Source of the DNA: an uncultured Candidatus Actinomarina sp.
GTDB lineage: Bacteria > Actinomycetota > Acidimicrobiia > Actinomarinales > Actinomarinaceae
Direction of reading: 5' to 3'
Assembly: GCA_902566515.1 (NCBI GenBank)
Contig: CACFIX010000004.1
Location: 4,092-68,091 of the forward strand
Length of the DNA stretch: 64,000 nucleotides
The position numbers and the translations under genes are program-made. Of this stretch, positions 29,699-39,015 are shown piece after piece (the stretch's first letter is position 1; the number at the start of each line of letters is the position of its first letter). Under the pieces are notes generated by a model. That model saw nothing but the letters and a program-made list of their open reading frames with translations, did not search any database and was not told the DNA's origin.

Positions 29699-30798
29699 GA
29701 GGTAGACCAGGCTTATATACGAATTATTCAAAAGAATCTGCGATATTTGCAAACAATACTCAAAAGTTTTGGTTTATAATTGTTGTTTTTTTTGCAGTCT
29801 CACTTTGTTTTCTTGCATCTGAATATTGGGTTTTACTATTAACAACATCTTTTTTAATTTCTGTTGCCTGTTGGGGGCTAAATATTGTCTCAGGTTTAGC
29901 AGGACAAATTAATTTAGCACATGGATTTTTTGTTGGTATCGGCACATATACATCAGCAATTATAGGAGGTATAGCTACTACAAATGTAATTGGTTATGAG
30001 CTTGACATGATTATTTGGTTGCCTTTAGCTGGTATTGTTTCAGCAATTGTAGGATTGATCATTGCACCGATAACTGTAAGATTGAAAGGGCTCAACTTGG
30101 CTCTAGTAACACTTGCTCTAGTATTTATTGGGTCACATGTCTTTTCTAATTTTAAATCTATCACTGGTGGCGCAGGTATAGGTAGAAAAGTTGCAAAACT
30201 AAAACTATTTGGTATTGATTTAGAATCAGGTATTTCACTAGGTGCTTATTTTATAGATAAAAATGAAATCATATATTTAATTAGCCTTACACTTTGTATT
30301 TTCACAGGTTTAGGTGTAAAGAATTTAGTAAGATCAAGATCTGGTAGAGCTTTTGCTGCAATAAGAGATGGAGATATAGCTGCTGAAGCTATTGGTATAA
30401 ATCTTTTTAAATATAAGTCAGCCGCTTTTGCTTTATCAAGCTTTTTCGCAGGAGTTAGTGGTTCGATGTTTTTTACAGTCTCAGGGGGAGTTGAACCAGG
30501 AACATTTAGCCTCATATATTCTATAATTTTTGTTGCAATCGTTGTAATAGGTGGTGCAGGAACTGTTCTGGGCCCACTTTTTGGATCATTTTTCTACACA
30601 TTATTTCCAGCATTTATATTGTTGGCGTTAAAAACATTTGAAATAGCTGAGCAATCGCTTCCGCTTAATATGGGACAGTTGGAAAGAATTTTATTTGGTT
30701 TGTTTATTATTTTATTTTTAATATTTGAACCACGTGGTTTATGGGGTATTTGGTTTAGGTTACGTAATTATTTTAAAGCTTGGCCATTTTCCTACTAA
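29695..30798 (+). CDS. HAAT ABC permease, LivM-like
   Basis: GLAGQINLAH, GRAFAAIRD, IGGAGTVLGP, EPRGL. Confidence 0.9.
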   Translation: MRGRPGLYTNYSKESAIFANNTQKFWFIIVVFFAVSLCFLASEYWVLLLTTSFLISVACWGLNIVSGLAGQINLAHGFFVGIGTYTSAIIGGIATTNVIGYELDMIIWLPLAGIVSAIVGLIIAPITVRLKGLNLALVTLALVFIGSHVFSNFKSITGGAGIGRKVAKLKLFGIDLESGISLGAYFIDKNEIIYLISLTLCIFTGLGVKNLVRSRSGRAFAAIRDGDIAAEAIGINLFKYKSAAFALSSFFAGVSGSMFFTVSGGVEPGTFSLIYSIIFVAIVVIGGAGTVLGPLFGSFFYTLFPAFILLALKTFEIAEQSLPLNMGQLERILFGLFIILFLIFEPRGLWGIWFRLRNYFKAWPFSY

Positions 30799-30857
30799 GA
30801 TTAAAAAATCATAGTAATCTATTATTAATTAGTACTAATTAAATTAAGGGGGAGAAA

Positions 30858-32243
30858 ATGAAACCATTGCGTAAGCAGGGAATCATTCTTTTTACTATCC
30901 TAGCCCTGATTATGGTAGCTTGTGGTGGCGATACCGCAGAAGAAACAGTTGAAGTTGAAGAAGCAGCTCCTGAAGTTGTTGAAACTCTAGATTCTCCTGC
31001 AGTTACTACAGCATCTACTGTTAAAACAGGTGTTGGGGTTACATCAGACCCTTGTCCAGAAGTTATAGGAGGAATTCCTACTGGTGCAGATCCATCAAAA
31101 GGTTGTATTTACCTTGGATTATTGAATGACTATACAGGACCTTTTGGTCCATATGGTATTCCACTAGAAACTGGCCAAAGAGGGTTTTGGTTATGGGCAA
31201 ACCAATCTGGTGGAATTGGAGATTATAGCGTAGCTATTATAGAAGGTTACGATACTCAATATAATCCGCAAAAACATTTAGAAGGTTATAAGGCGATACG
31301 AGGCGAAGTTGCTGCATTAGCAATGTCATTAGGAACACCTCAAACTCAATTTATCTTAGACGATATGGATGCAGACAATATGATTGCTGCTCCAATGTCA
31401 TGGTATTCAGGGTGGTCTTATAAAGGTAGCGACAGAGGATTAGTTGTCGAGTTCGGTGCAGCGTATTGTGCAGATGGTATGAACGCAGTTGACTGGGCTA
31501 TGGCTAATTTGCCTGTTGATATTAAAACAATAGGTGTAATGGGATATGCCGGTGATTACGGTGGAGACTATGCGGCTGGTATTAGAGTCGCAGCTGAGGC
31601 AAATGGAATTGAAGTTGCTTGGGAATATATTGTTCCAAGTACTGAATTTGATGTTGCTCAAGCAGTTGGTCTTATGGTAACAAAACCAGTTGATGCATAC
31701 TTCCCAGCTATTGGGCCTACATTTATGGCACAAGTTGCTGGTGGAGCTTTCCAACAAGGATTGACTCCAATTGCAATGATGGCTGCACCTTCATACAATG
31801 ATGCATTTACTGCAGAAGGTTTCGCATTAGCACCATTGTTCCAGTCTGGATCAATGTATCTTATGGCTTTTATTGCTCCATATGAGGCTGACACTCCTGG
31901 TCATGCTGCTATGAGAGCAACTCTTACAGCTATGGGAGTTGATTCTGGTAACTTATTCTTAACTGCTGGTTGGGCTTCTCAGCACCACATTAAAGGTGTA
32001 TTAGAAGCTGCGGTCAAAGGTGGAGACTTAACAAGAGCTGGAATTAGGCGTGCTGCTGCCAACGTTTATGTTGACTCTGACGGCATGATGCCAACTAGAG
32101 AGTTAGGACAAAACAGAGCTGACGCAGAAAGCTTTATCGGAATACCTGACGAAAGTCAAACAAGCGGTATCAGATTACTTTCTGGCAACTATGTTGGTCC
32201 AACAGCTGCTGGTTATGACTGGGAAGCTGGTCCATGTAGCTAA
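30858..32243 (+). CDS. HAAT ABC substrate-binding lipoprotein (type I periplasmic binding fold)
   Basis: Lipobox MVAC, LGLLNDYTGP, strong SD GGGGAG, terminal position in the liv operon. Confidence 0.85.
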   Translation: MKPLRKQGIILFTILALIMVACGGDTAEETVEVEEAAPEVVETLDSPAVTTASTVKTGVGVTSDPCPEVIGGIPTGADPSKGCIYLGLLNDYTGPFGPYGIPLETGQRGFWLWANQSGGIGDYSVAIIEGYDTQYNPQKHLEGYKAIRGEVAALAMSLGTPQTQFILDDMDADNMIAAPMSWYSGWSYKGSDRGLVVEFGAAYCADGMNAVDWAMANLPVDIKTIGVMGYAGDYGGDYAAGIRVAAEANGIEVAWEYIVPSTEFDVAQAVGLMVTKPVDAYFPAIGPTFMAQVAGGAFQQGLTPIAMMAAPSYNDAFTAEGFALAPLFQSGSMYLMAFIAPYEADTPGHAAMRATLTAMGVDSGNLFLTAGWASQHHIKGVLEAAVKGGDLTRAGIRRAAANVYVDSDGMMPTRELGQNRADAESFIGIPDESQTSGIRLLSGNYVGPTAAGYDWEAGPCS

Positions 32244-32265
32244 TTAAGTTTGAATTAACTTATTT

Positions 32266-32296
32266 TAAAGAGCCGGTATCTACCGGCTCTTTATTT
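32266..32296 (+). terminator. Intrinsic terminator after the ABC operon
   Basis: taaagagccggt-atct-accggctcttta followed by ttt. Confidence 0.85.
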
Positions 32297-32321
32297 ATAT
32301 CTTGAATCTAAAATTAAAGTT

Positions 32322-33344
32322 GTGAAAAATTTAAATATAAAACAAAAAAAGCTTTTAATAACGGTTTTATCAATTTTCATAGTTATTGGATCATTAACTT
32401 TTGTCAAAACAGATTATTACTTTATGTCTCCAGGTCCGCCTTATCAGTGGGATATTGAATATGGAAACATTGAAAATTATCAATTCGATGGCAACCTTTT
32501 TCAATTAACAGTAAGAAGAGATGAAGCAAATGCATTAATTTATGCTTGGTCTTATATAGATAACTCTATCGATTTATACCCTAGAGAAGTTATTTTGCCA
32601 AAAGGAGTTACACCTGACGAATTAACTCAAATAAGTATTCAAAATATGAAAACCTCTGAAAATGTTGCCATTGCGGTTGCTCTAACTTACATTGGATATG
32701 ATATTGGCTCAAAAGGTGACGGTGTATCCGTAGTAGGAATTCTTGATGATTCACCTGTTAAAGACAAGTTACAAAAGGGAGATTTATTAAATTCCATTAA
32801 TGGAGAAGAAATTTCGTCAGCTACAGAATTTATTGCAACATTACGAAGATATCAAATAGGAGATATTGTAAGCATAGGTGTAGAAAGAGATTTTGACGGT
32901 GAAAGAAAAAATATAGAAGTACAAACAAAATTAATTGAACACGTTGAGTATAAAGGTGAACCTATGGTGGGGTTTCTTGCTACAACTGTAAACGAAAGAT
33001 TCGATTTTCCGTTTGAAGTAGATATTAAAACTGGAAATGTTGGTGGACCATCAGCAGGTCTGATGATGGCTTTAAATGTTTACAATAATTTAATACAGGA
33101 AGATATAACAAATTCCTTAGTTATAGCAGGAACGGGCACAATAGAGATTGATGGATCAGTTGGTCCCGTTGGCGGTATAAAACAAAAAGTTATTGCTGCA
33201 AAACGAGCAGGGGCAGAACTTATTTTGGTACCAACTGCTAATTTTGAAGAAGCACGTCCCATGGCAACAGAATCAACAGCTATCATTGCGATTGATTCAT
33301 TTGAAGAAGCTTTAAAAGTAATTTCAGAGTTTAGTTCACGTTAA
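32322..33344 (+). CDS. YlbL/Rv3194c-like PDZ-domain Lon-type (S16) protease
   Basis: N-terminal TM, PDZ, GGPSAGL Ser and GIKQKVIAA Lys dyad. Confidence 0.9.
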   Translation: MKNLNIKQKKLLITVLSIFIVIGSLTFVKTDYYFMSPGPPYQWDIEYGNIENYQFDGNLFQLTVRRDEANALIYAWSYIDNSIDLYPREVILPKGVTPDELTQISIQNMKTSENVAIAVALTYIGYDIGSKGDGVSVVGILDDSPVKDKLQKGDLLNSINGEEISSATEFIATLRRYQIGDIVSIGVERDFDGERKNIEVQTKLIEHVEYKGEPMVGFLATTVNERFDFPFEVDIKTGNVGGPSAGLMMALNVYNNLIQEDITNSLVIAGTGTIEIDGSVGPVGGIKQKVIAAKRAGAELILVPTANFEEARPMATESTAIIAIDSFEEALKVISEFSSR

Positions 33345-33370
33345 AGACAAGAAATAAATAAAATAATAAC

Positions 33371-36178
33371 ATGGTAAATATTGGCGGTACAAACAATAAT
33401 GAAAGAAGAGGCCTCTCTTTTATTGTTTTTGTTGCAATAATAGGTTTTTCAGTTGCAAGAGCTATTGCTACATTTTTTACTAATTATTTATGGTTTGATT
33501 CAGTAAATTTAAATTCTGTATGGTTAAAAATTTTACTTACGAAAGGCGCTCTGGTTGGCGCCACATCGTTATTGGCTTTTGTGTTTATTTTTACAAATTT
33601 AAGATTTGCTGTGAGAGCAACTCCAGTAATGGATATTTTTGAATCTTTTGAATCTCAAGACCCTTTATCAAGGTTTAGAGCCTGGACAAACGAAAGATTC
33701 TCAAGATACCGACTTTTGGGATCAATTGGTCTTTCACTTTTTTTAGGTGCAGGAGCATCACAATTATGGGAACAAGTTTTATTGTTTTTGAATCAACACA
33801 ACTTTGGTGTCAATGATCCAGTCTTTCAAGCAGATGTATCTAGATATGTTTTTGGATTACCTCTTTATAGACTATTTGTCTCTTGGGGTTTTCAACTTGT
33901 AATTTTTACGTCATTAATAATTTTATTATTTTTTGTTGCGACTGGTGCATTACAACTTAGACAAGGTAGATTACCTGAAGTTAGTAGTGGTGCAAAAGCA
34001 CATCTGTCTGTCCTTCTTGCATTCATAGCAATCTTGAAAGCCTTTGCATATCGTCTTGACTCCATGGAACTTCTTTACTCACCGAGAGGAAAGGTTTTTG
34101 GTGCAAGCTACACAGATGTTGTTGCACACTTACCAGCGTTAAACTTACTTATCCTAATCTCCCTTTTTGGTGCAGTTTTGCTTTTAGTAAACATAAAAAG
34201 AAGAGGATGGTTACTTCCTGCGACAGCCATAAGTTTATGGTTAGCAGTATCAATTATTGTTGGAGGTCTTGTCCCTGCAGCAATACAGAGATTTAGAGTA
34301 GTTCCTGACGAATTAAATAAAGAGCTACCCTATGTCGATAGTCACATTGACTATACAAGACTTGCTTATGGATTAGATAGTATAGAAGAGAAGTCATTTG
34401 CAGCATCTCCTGATTTATCACAAAATGATATTTCCAATAATAAGCAGACTGTTGATAACATTAGGCTTTGGGATCCAACAGTACTCGCTGAAACATACAG
34501 TCAGCTGCAGGAAATTAGGGCATACTATGCACTTCAAGAAGTCGATGTTGATAGATATAAAATCAACGGAGAATTAACTCAAGTAATGGTTGCAGCGAGA
34601 GAACTTGATCAAACCAATTTACCTGCTGTTGGTTGGGTTAATGAGAGACTACAATACACTCACGGTTTTGGTGTAGTTTTTAGTCCAGCTAATAATGTTG
34701 CAAGTCAAGGTCAACCTGATTTTTATGTCAAAGGCGTTCCAGCAACCACTACCGTTACTGAGTTAGAGGTAGAACAACCAAGAATTTACTTTGGTGAATC
34801 TGCTGATTCTGTAGAGTATGTTGTTGTTAATTCACTTCAAGATGAAGTTGATTATCCATTATCAACTGAAGGTCAATCTGTTGCCTACACAAATTATTCT
34901 GGAGATGGTGGAGTAGGAATTGGCTCTTTCTTTAGGAGACTTGGTTTTGCATTAAGATATGGTGAGTTGAATCTTCTAATTTCTAATCAGTTATCAGATG
35001 ATTCCAAATTAATTATGGAAAGAAATATTGTAAGTAGAGTCAAAAAAGCTGCACCATTTCTTTATACAGATAACGATCCATATTTAGCCTTAATTGATGG
35101 AAATTTATTTTGGATTATTGATATGTACACAGTAAGTGACAAATATCCGTATGCCCAACCTGCAGATACTAGGAGATTAAATGAAAACTCAGGATTGCCG
35201 ATAAACTTCAACTACCTAAGAAATTCTGTAAAAGCAGTTGTAAATGCTTATGACGGCACTATGAATTTTTATGTCGTCGATGAAAATGATCCATTAATGT
35301 CTGCTTACAATGACATTTTTCCAAATCTGTTTTCACCAAAGAGTGAAATGAGCTCAGAATTATTAGATCACATTAGGTATCCAGAAGATTTATTCACTAT
35401 CCAGTCTGATATGTATCGGGATTATCACATGACGGATCCAAGGGTTTTTTATGCAGACGAAGATCCATGGGTCATTCCATCTGATTCATCCACAACTCCG
35501 AGAGTCGGTACTTTGAGAGGTGAATTTACGGAGATAGGTTTTAAGCCAATGTTGCCTTACTATCTTTTAATGAGCTTGCCGGGTGAAAGTGATTTAAGTT
35601 ATTTAATTTTTCAACCATTTAATCCAGAGAACAGACCTAACATGCAGTCATTTTTAGTTGCAGATGCTGACCCGGAAAACTATGGACAGCTAATAGACTT
35701 TAGGCTACCAAAGGGAGAATTTGTTGACGGACCAAGCCAGGTAGCAACTAGAATAAACCAAGATCCAGACATTTCTCAAATATTTACACTGTTAGACCAA
35801 CAGGGTTCTAGCGTTATCAAGGGTAATTTGTTTGTTGTTCCAATCAATCAGTCAATTCTTTACTATCAACCAATATACCTTCAAGGAGAACAGAATCCTT
35901 TACCAGAATTTAAATTTGTTGTTGTTGTCTTTCAGGACAGAATCATAATGAGAGAGACTCTCTCAGAAGCTCTAGCTAATATTTTTGGAGATGAGTTAAT
36001 TAGTGATGTTATTGAGGAAACTGAAGGTGAAAACCCATTAGATATATTAGCTAAAGCAACGAAGGCTTTTGAACAAGCGCAGGAAGAATTACAAAAAGGT
36101 AATCTTGGTAGATATCAAGAATTAATTGATCAAGCTCAACAGTATGTAGATCTTGCAATTGAACTTTTAAATAAATAA
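33371..36178 (+). CDS. UPF0182 family membrane protein
   Basis: YLWFDSV, DPVFQADVSRYVF, NIRLWDP, DVDRY, YTHGFG, NYLRNSVKA, PQVA-like GPSQV. Confidence 0.93.
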   Translation: MVNIGGTNNNERRGLSFIVFVAIIGFSVARAIATFFTNYLWFDSVNLNSVWLKILLTKGALVGATSLLAFVFIFTNLRFAVRATPVMDIFESFESQDPLSRFRAWTNERFSRYRLLGSIGLSLFLGAGASQLWEQVLLFLNQHNFGVNDPVFQADVSRYVFGLPLYRLFVSWGFQLVIFTSLIILLFFVATGALQLRQGRLPEVSSGAKAHLSVLLAFIAILKAFAYRLDSMELLYSPRGKVFGASYTDVVAHLPALNLLILISLFGAVLLLVNIKRRGWLLPATAISLWLAVSIIVGGLVPAAIQRFRVVPDELNKELPYVDSHIDYTRLAYGLDSIEEKSFAASPDLSQNDISNNKQTVDNIRLWDPTVLAETYSQLQEIRAYYALQEVDVDRYKINGELTQVMVAARELDQTNLPAVGWVNERLQYTHGFGVVFSPANNVASQGQPDFYVKGVPATTTVTELEVEQPRIYFGESADSVEYVVVNSLQDEVDYPLSTEGQSVAYTNYSGDGGVGIGSFFRRLGFALRYGELNLLISNQLSDDSKLIMERNIVSRVKKAAPFLYTDNDPYLALIDGNLFWIIDMYTVSDKYPYAQPADTRRLNENSGLPINFNYLRNSVKAVVNAYDGTMNFYVVDENDPLMSAYNDIFPNLFSPKSEMSSELLDHIRYPEDLFTIQSDMYRDYHMTDPRVFYADEDPWVIPSDSSTTPRVGTLRGEFTEIGFKPMLPYYLLMSLPGESDLSYLIFQPFNPENRPNMQSFLVADADPENYGQLIDFRLPKGEFVDGPSQVATRINQDPDISQIFTLLDQQGSSVIKGNLFVVPINQSILYYQPIYLQGEQNPLPEFKFVVVVFQDRIIMRETLSEALANIFGDELISDVIEETEGENPLDILAKATKAFEQAQEELQKGNLGRYQELIDQAQQYVDLAIELLNK

Positions 36179-36231
36179 CAAAAATTTTTTTCTTGAGTTT
36201 AATTTAAAGTAAGTTACTATTAATTATTCAG

Positions 36232-36305
36232 CGCGGGGTGGAGCAGTCTGGTAGCTCGCTGGGCTCATAACCCAGAGGTCGTAGGTTCAAATCCTACCCC
36301 CGCTA
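36232..36305 (+). tRNA. tRNA-fMet (CAT), initiator
   Basis: Cloverleaf; C1-U72 mismatch and GGG/CCC anticodon stem; CCA not encoded. Confidence 0.95.
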
Positions 36306-36309
36306 CTAA

Positions 36310-36447
36310 TTACCTAATGAATAAATCTATTATTCTTTTTCTTCCAGTTGAAGCCGCAATTAATTTAAGAGTAAATAGCCCAGAAGCTCCAAGATAAAGT
36401 AAGCTACCTAGCACTAAGAAAATTCTCCAAAATAAAATTGCATCCAT
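36310..36447 (-). CDS. Small 45-aa membrane protein
   Basis: Below the track cutoff: MDAILFWRIFLVLGSLLYLGASGLFTLKLIAASTGRKRIIDLFIR*; fills the gap downstream of tlpA. Confidence 0.5.
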   Translation of the reverse strand: MDAILFWRIFLVLGSLLYLGASGLFTLKLIAASTGRKRIIDLFIR

Positions 36448-36478
36448 AATTGAATTATAAACTGCCTCTAGATAATCA

Positions 36479-36967
36479 CTACCTGGTTAATTCAAAAATT
36501 TCCTTGGCTGTTATTTCACCATTGATTGTTGAGATAATTTTAAAATTATCATCTAGCACTAGAGTAGTAGGAATACCACTCCAAACAAACTGTATAAGAA
36601 TACTCTCTGCTCTGGTGTTGTCTAATATATTTTGATACGATATTTCATTTTTTATGATAAATTCTTTGCCATTTTCTTTTGAGTCTTCAACCAAAATTCC
36701 GATAACATAATATTCTTTAGTCTCTGATAATATTTTTAACTCACTTACTTCGTTTTGGCACGGTATACACCAACTTGCCCAAATATTTAAAATGACAAAT
36801 TTTTCATTTGAATTTAAGTTAGAGATCTCTTTCAAGTCTTCTAGTACAATTCCATCATTTATATTTGAGACGCTAGCAATTTCTAATTCATCATTATTTG
36901 TCGAATTGATTATGACAATTACGACAGTCATAGTTAGTAGTAAGAGAATAAAATTTCTTTTGAACAT
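36479..36967 (-). CDS. TlpA/ResA-like thiol-disulfide oxidoreductase
   Basis: N-terminal TM, LNIWASWCIPC, GIPTT. Confidence 0.9.
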   Translation of the reverse strand: MFKRNFILLLLTMTVVIVIINSTNNDELEIASVSNINDGIVLEDLKEISNLNSNEKFVILNIWASWCIPCQNEVSELKILSETKEYYVIGILVEDSKENGKEFIIKNEISYQNILDNTRAESILIQFVWSGIPTTLVLDDNFKIISTINGEITAKEIFELTR

Positions 36968-37006
36968 AATTTAATTTAATAACCTAATACAAATACAATA
37001 CTAATA

Positions 37007-38032
37007 ATGGAATTAGAAAACATTATTTATCCTGGATTTAATAAAACATTATCCGAATTAAATGCCCTTTCGAAAGTTAAAAAGAAATCATGTGAAATTG
37101 TTGATTTAACCGAAATTGAATGGGTGCGTGATGTTTTGCGACATAGAGTTGAGGAAATCGGCTCTTATGATATTAAATTTAGAAAACCGACGGAAGAAGA
37201 AATTCAAACTGTATCAAAAATTGTTGGTGCTGATATTGATATGGATGAGTTAAAAAATAATTTCCATAAAAATAAAAGAATCATCGGGATTACTTCTGGT
37301 AAAGGTGGAGTTGGAAAATCTACTATAACTTCATTATTGGGTATTGCATTTGATGAGTTAGGTAAAAAAGTTGGAATAATGGATTCAGATATTTGGGGTT
37401 ATTCAGTCCCAAAAATATTAGGAGCAAAATTTCCACCTATACCCTTTAATGAGAGAATATTCCCATCACGTATAAATAATCTTAATGTCATCTCAATGGA
37501 TTATTTTGTTAAACAGGATGAAGCTGTAATTTGGAGAGGCCCAATGTTACATAAAGCAATAGAACAATTTTTATTTGAAGTTCTGTGGCATGAAATTGAT
37601 ATTTTACTTATAGATATGCCACCTGGTACCGGCGATGTTTCTATTTCTTTATCTCAATTTTTAAAGTATTTTGAAAATATAGTTGTTACAACTCCTCAAA
37701 CAAATGCAACTATAGTTGCTGAACGATCTGGAATTATGTCAAAAAAAGTAAATGCTAGCATTATTGGTGTCATTGAAAACATGTCATACATGGAATCAGA
37801 AGGAAATAAAATATATCCTTTTGGTAAAGATGGTGGGAAAGAATTGTCTAAAAAGTTAGATGTACCGTTTATTGGAGAAATCCCTCTTTTAGAGGATATA
37901 ACCGTATCTTCGGAAGGAAGTAATTTATTTGCTTTTAAAGAAAGTTCAGAATTTCAAAATATACTTTCAATAGCTAATGAAATTTTAAAATTTCAACCAA
38001 AGAAAAAACCTATCGATTTAAAAATCAATTAA
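37007..38032 (+). CDS. mrp: Mrp/ApbC/NBP35 P-loop ATPase (Fe-S carrier family)
   Basis: SGKGGVGKST, DSDIWGYS, WRGPMLHKA, DMPPGTGD, VTTPQ, IENMS. Confidence 0.92.
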   Translation: MELENIIYPGFNKTLSELNALSKVKKKSCEIVDLTEIEWVRDVLRHRVEEIGSYDIKFRKPTEEEIQTVSKIVGADIDMDELKNNFHKNKRIIGITSGKGGVGKSTITSLLGIAFDELGKKVGIMDSDIWGYSVPKILGAKFPPIPFNERIFPSRINNLNVISMDYFVKQDEAVIWRGPMLHKAIEQFLFEVLWHEIDILLIDMPPGTGDVSISLSQFLKYFENIVVTTPQTNATIVAERSGIMSKKVNASIIGVIENMSYMESEGNKIYPFGKDGGKELSKKLDVPFIGEIPLLEDITVSSEGSNLFAFKESSEFQNILSIANEILKFQPKKKPIDLKIN

Positions 38033-38780
38033 GCACAAAACTTACAACTGAAAGAAGCAAACAGTAGAATCCAAAATATTGTAATTTTGAATTTGTAGTG
38101 AACTTTACAAGAAGCTTAATCGCAAACATCCCAGTAAAGAAAGCAGCAACTGATGGAATAATAATATTTGTATTTATTTCAAAAGATTGATTAACAAATG
38201 TTAAACTCCATGCTCCAAAGATTGTTGGTATTCCAAGAAGTAGAGAATAATATATTGCATCAGCTTTTTTAACCCCTATGTACATGGCAGCTAAGAGAGT
38301 AATTCCAGATCTTGAGATTCCTGGAAAAAGAGCAAAAGCCTGAGCTATTCCAATTATGAATGCATGGTTAATAGTTATTTCATTAATACTAAAAGCATTT
38401 TTAGTGTTAATTTTTTCAGAAAATATTAACAATATAGAAAGGAAAAAATAAGCAATTCCTGTGTAAATCAATATTTGAGAGCTGTTATCTATCGTGTCTT
38501 GTATTGGTGTAAATAATCCAATTACAACAGCTGGAAGAACCCCAACAGTAATGATTTTGAGATAATATTTAAAAACATCAAAATTTTTAAAAATGCTTAA
38601 AATTCTAGTCCTATAAAAAATCAAAATTGAAAACAATGTTCCTATATGAAGAAATGCAATATCATTTGTGTCTAGGTTTACTTCAGGTAATAATTCATCA
38701 AATATTACTAGGTGACCACTTGAAGATATTGGTAAAAACTCTGTTATACCTTGAATGATTCCTAAAAATATATCAGTCAT
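38025..38780 (-). CDS. uppP: Undecaprenyl-diphosphate phosphatase
   Basis: GIIQGITEFLPISSSGHL, PGISRSG. Confidence 0.95.
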   Translation of the reverse strand: MTDIFLGIIQGITEFLPISSSGHLVIFDELLPEVNLDTNDIAFLHIGTLFSILIFYRTRILSIFKNFDVFKYYLKIITVGVLPAVVIGLFTPIQDTIDNSSQILIYTGIAYFFLSILLIFSEKINTKNAFSINEITINHAFIIGIAQAFALFPGISRSGITLLAAMYIGVKKADAIYYSLLLGIPTIFGAWSLTFVNQSFEINTNIIIPSVAAFFTGMFAIKLLVKFTTNSKLQYFGFYCLLLSVVSFVLN

Positions 38781-38781
38781 G

Positions 38782-38937
38782 TCAGTTTATTGTTGAAAAA
38801 TGCCAGCCATTACAATCACTGCAATTATATATACGAAATTTCTTATTGTACTCCTTTTCTATGTACAGTCTTTCCTTTCTTGCATCAACTTCGTTGTTAT
38901 ATCTACGTTTATGCTGACATCTATTCTCTTTTTTCAT
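38782..38937 (-). CDS. Small 51-aa Cys/His zinc-finger-like protein
   Basis: Not in the track: MKKENRCQHKRRYNNEVDARKERLYIEKEYNKKFRIYNCSDCNGWHFSTIN*; stop lies 1 nt from the uppP ATG. Confidence 0.7.
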   Translation of the reverse strand: MKKENRCQHKRRYNNEVDARKERLYIEKEYNKKFRIYNCSDCNGWHFSTIN

Positions 38938-39015
38938 TACATTAATTACATTAAATTTGAAAAATGTATATATGTGCTCTAACTAATTTATTTTTATTAA
39001 AGTAAAGTAAGAACT

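Noticed and set aside
36232-36305. tRNA-fMet or the 54564..55139 tRNA cluster as an island or prophage integration site
   Set aside because: No integrase nearby and I saw no duplicated tRNA 3' end; the flanks match conserved actinobacterial synteny.
22502-36967. Further selenoproteins among the other redox genes (AhpE-like Prx 22502..22957, TlpA 36479..36967)
   Set aside because: Both have ordinary Cys codons at the active site and uninterrupted frames.
37007-38032. Mrp lacking the C-terminal CxxC after ENMS
   Set aside because: As I recall, actinobacterial Mrp proteins commonly lack this motif, so it is not distinctive.
38800-38982. 60-aa plus-strand ORF from the track
   Set aside because: It overlaps the better-supported minus-strand zinc-finger ORF that is coupled to uppP, and has no recognisable motif.
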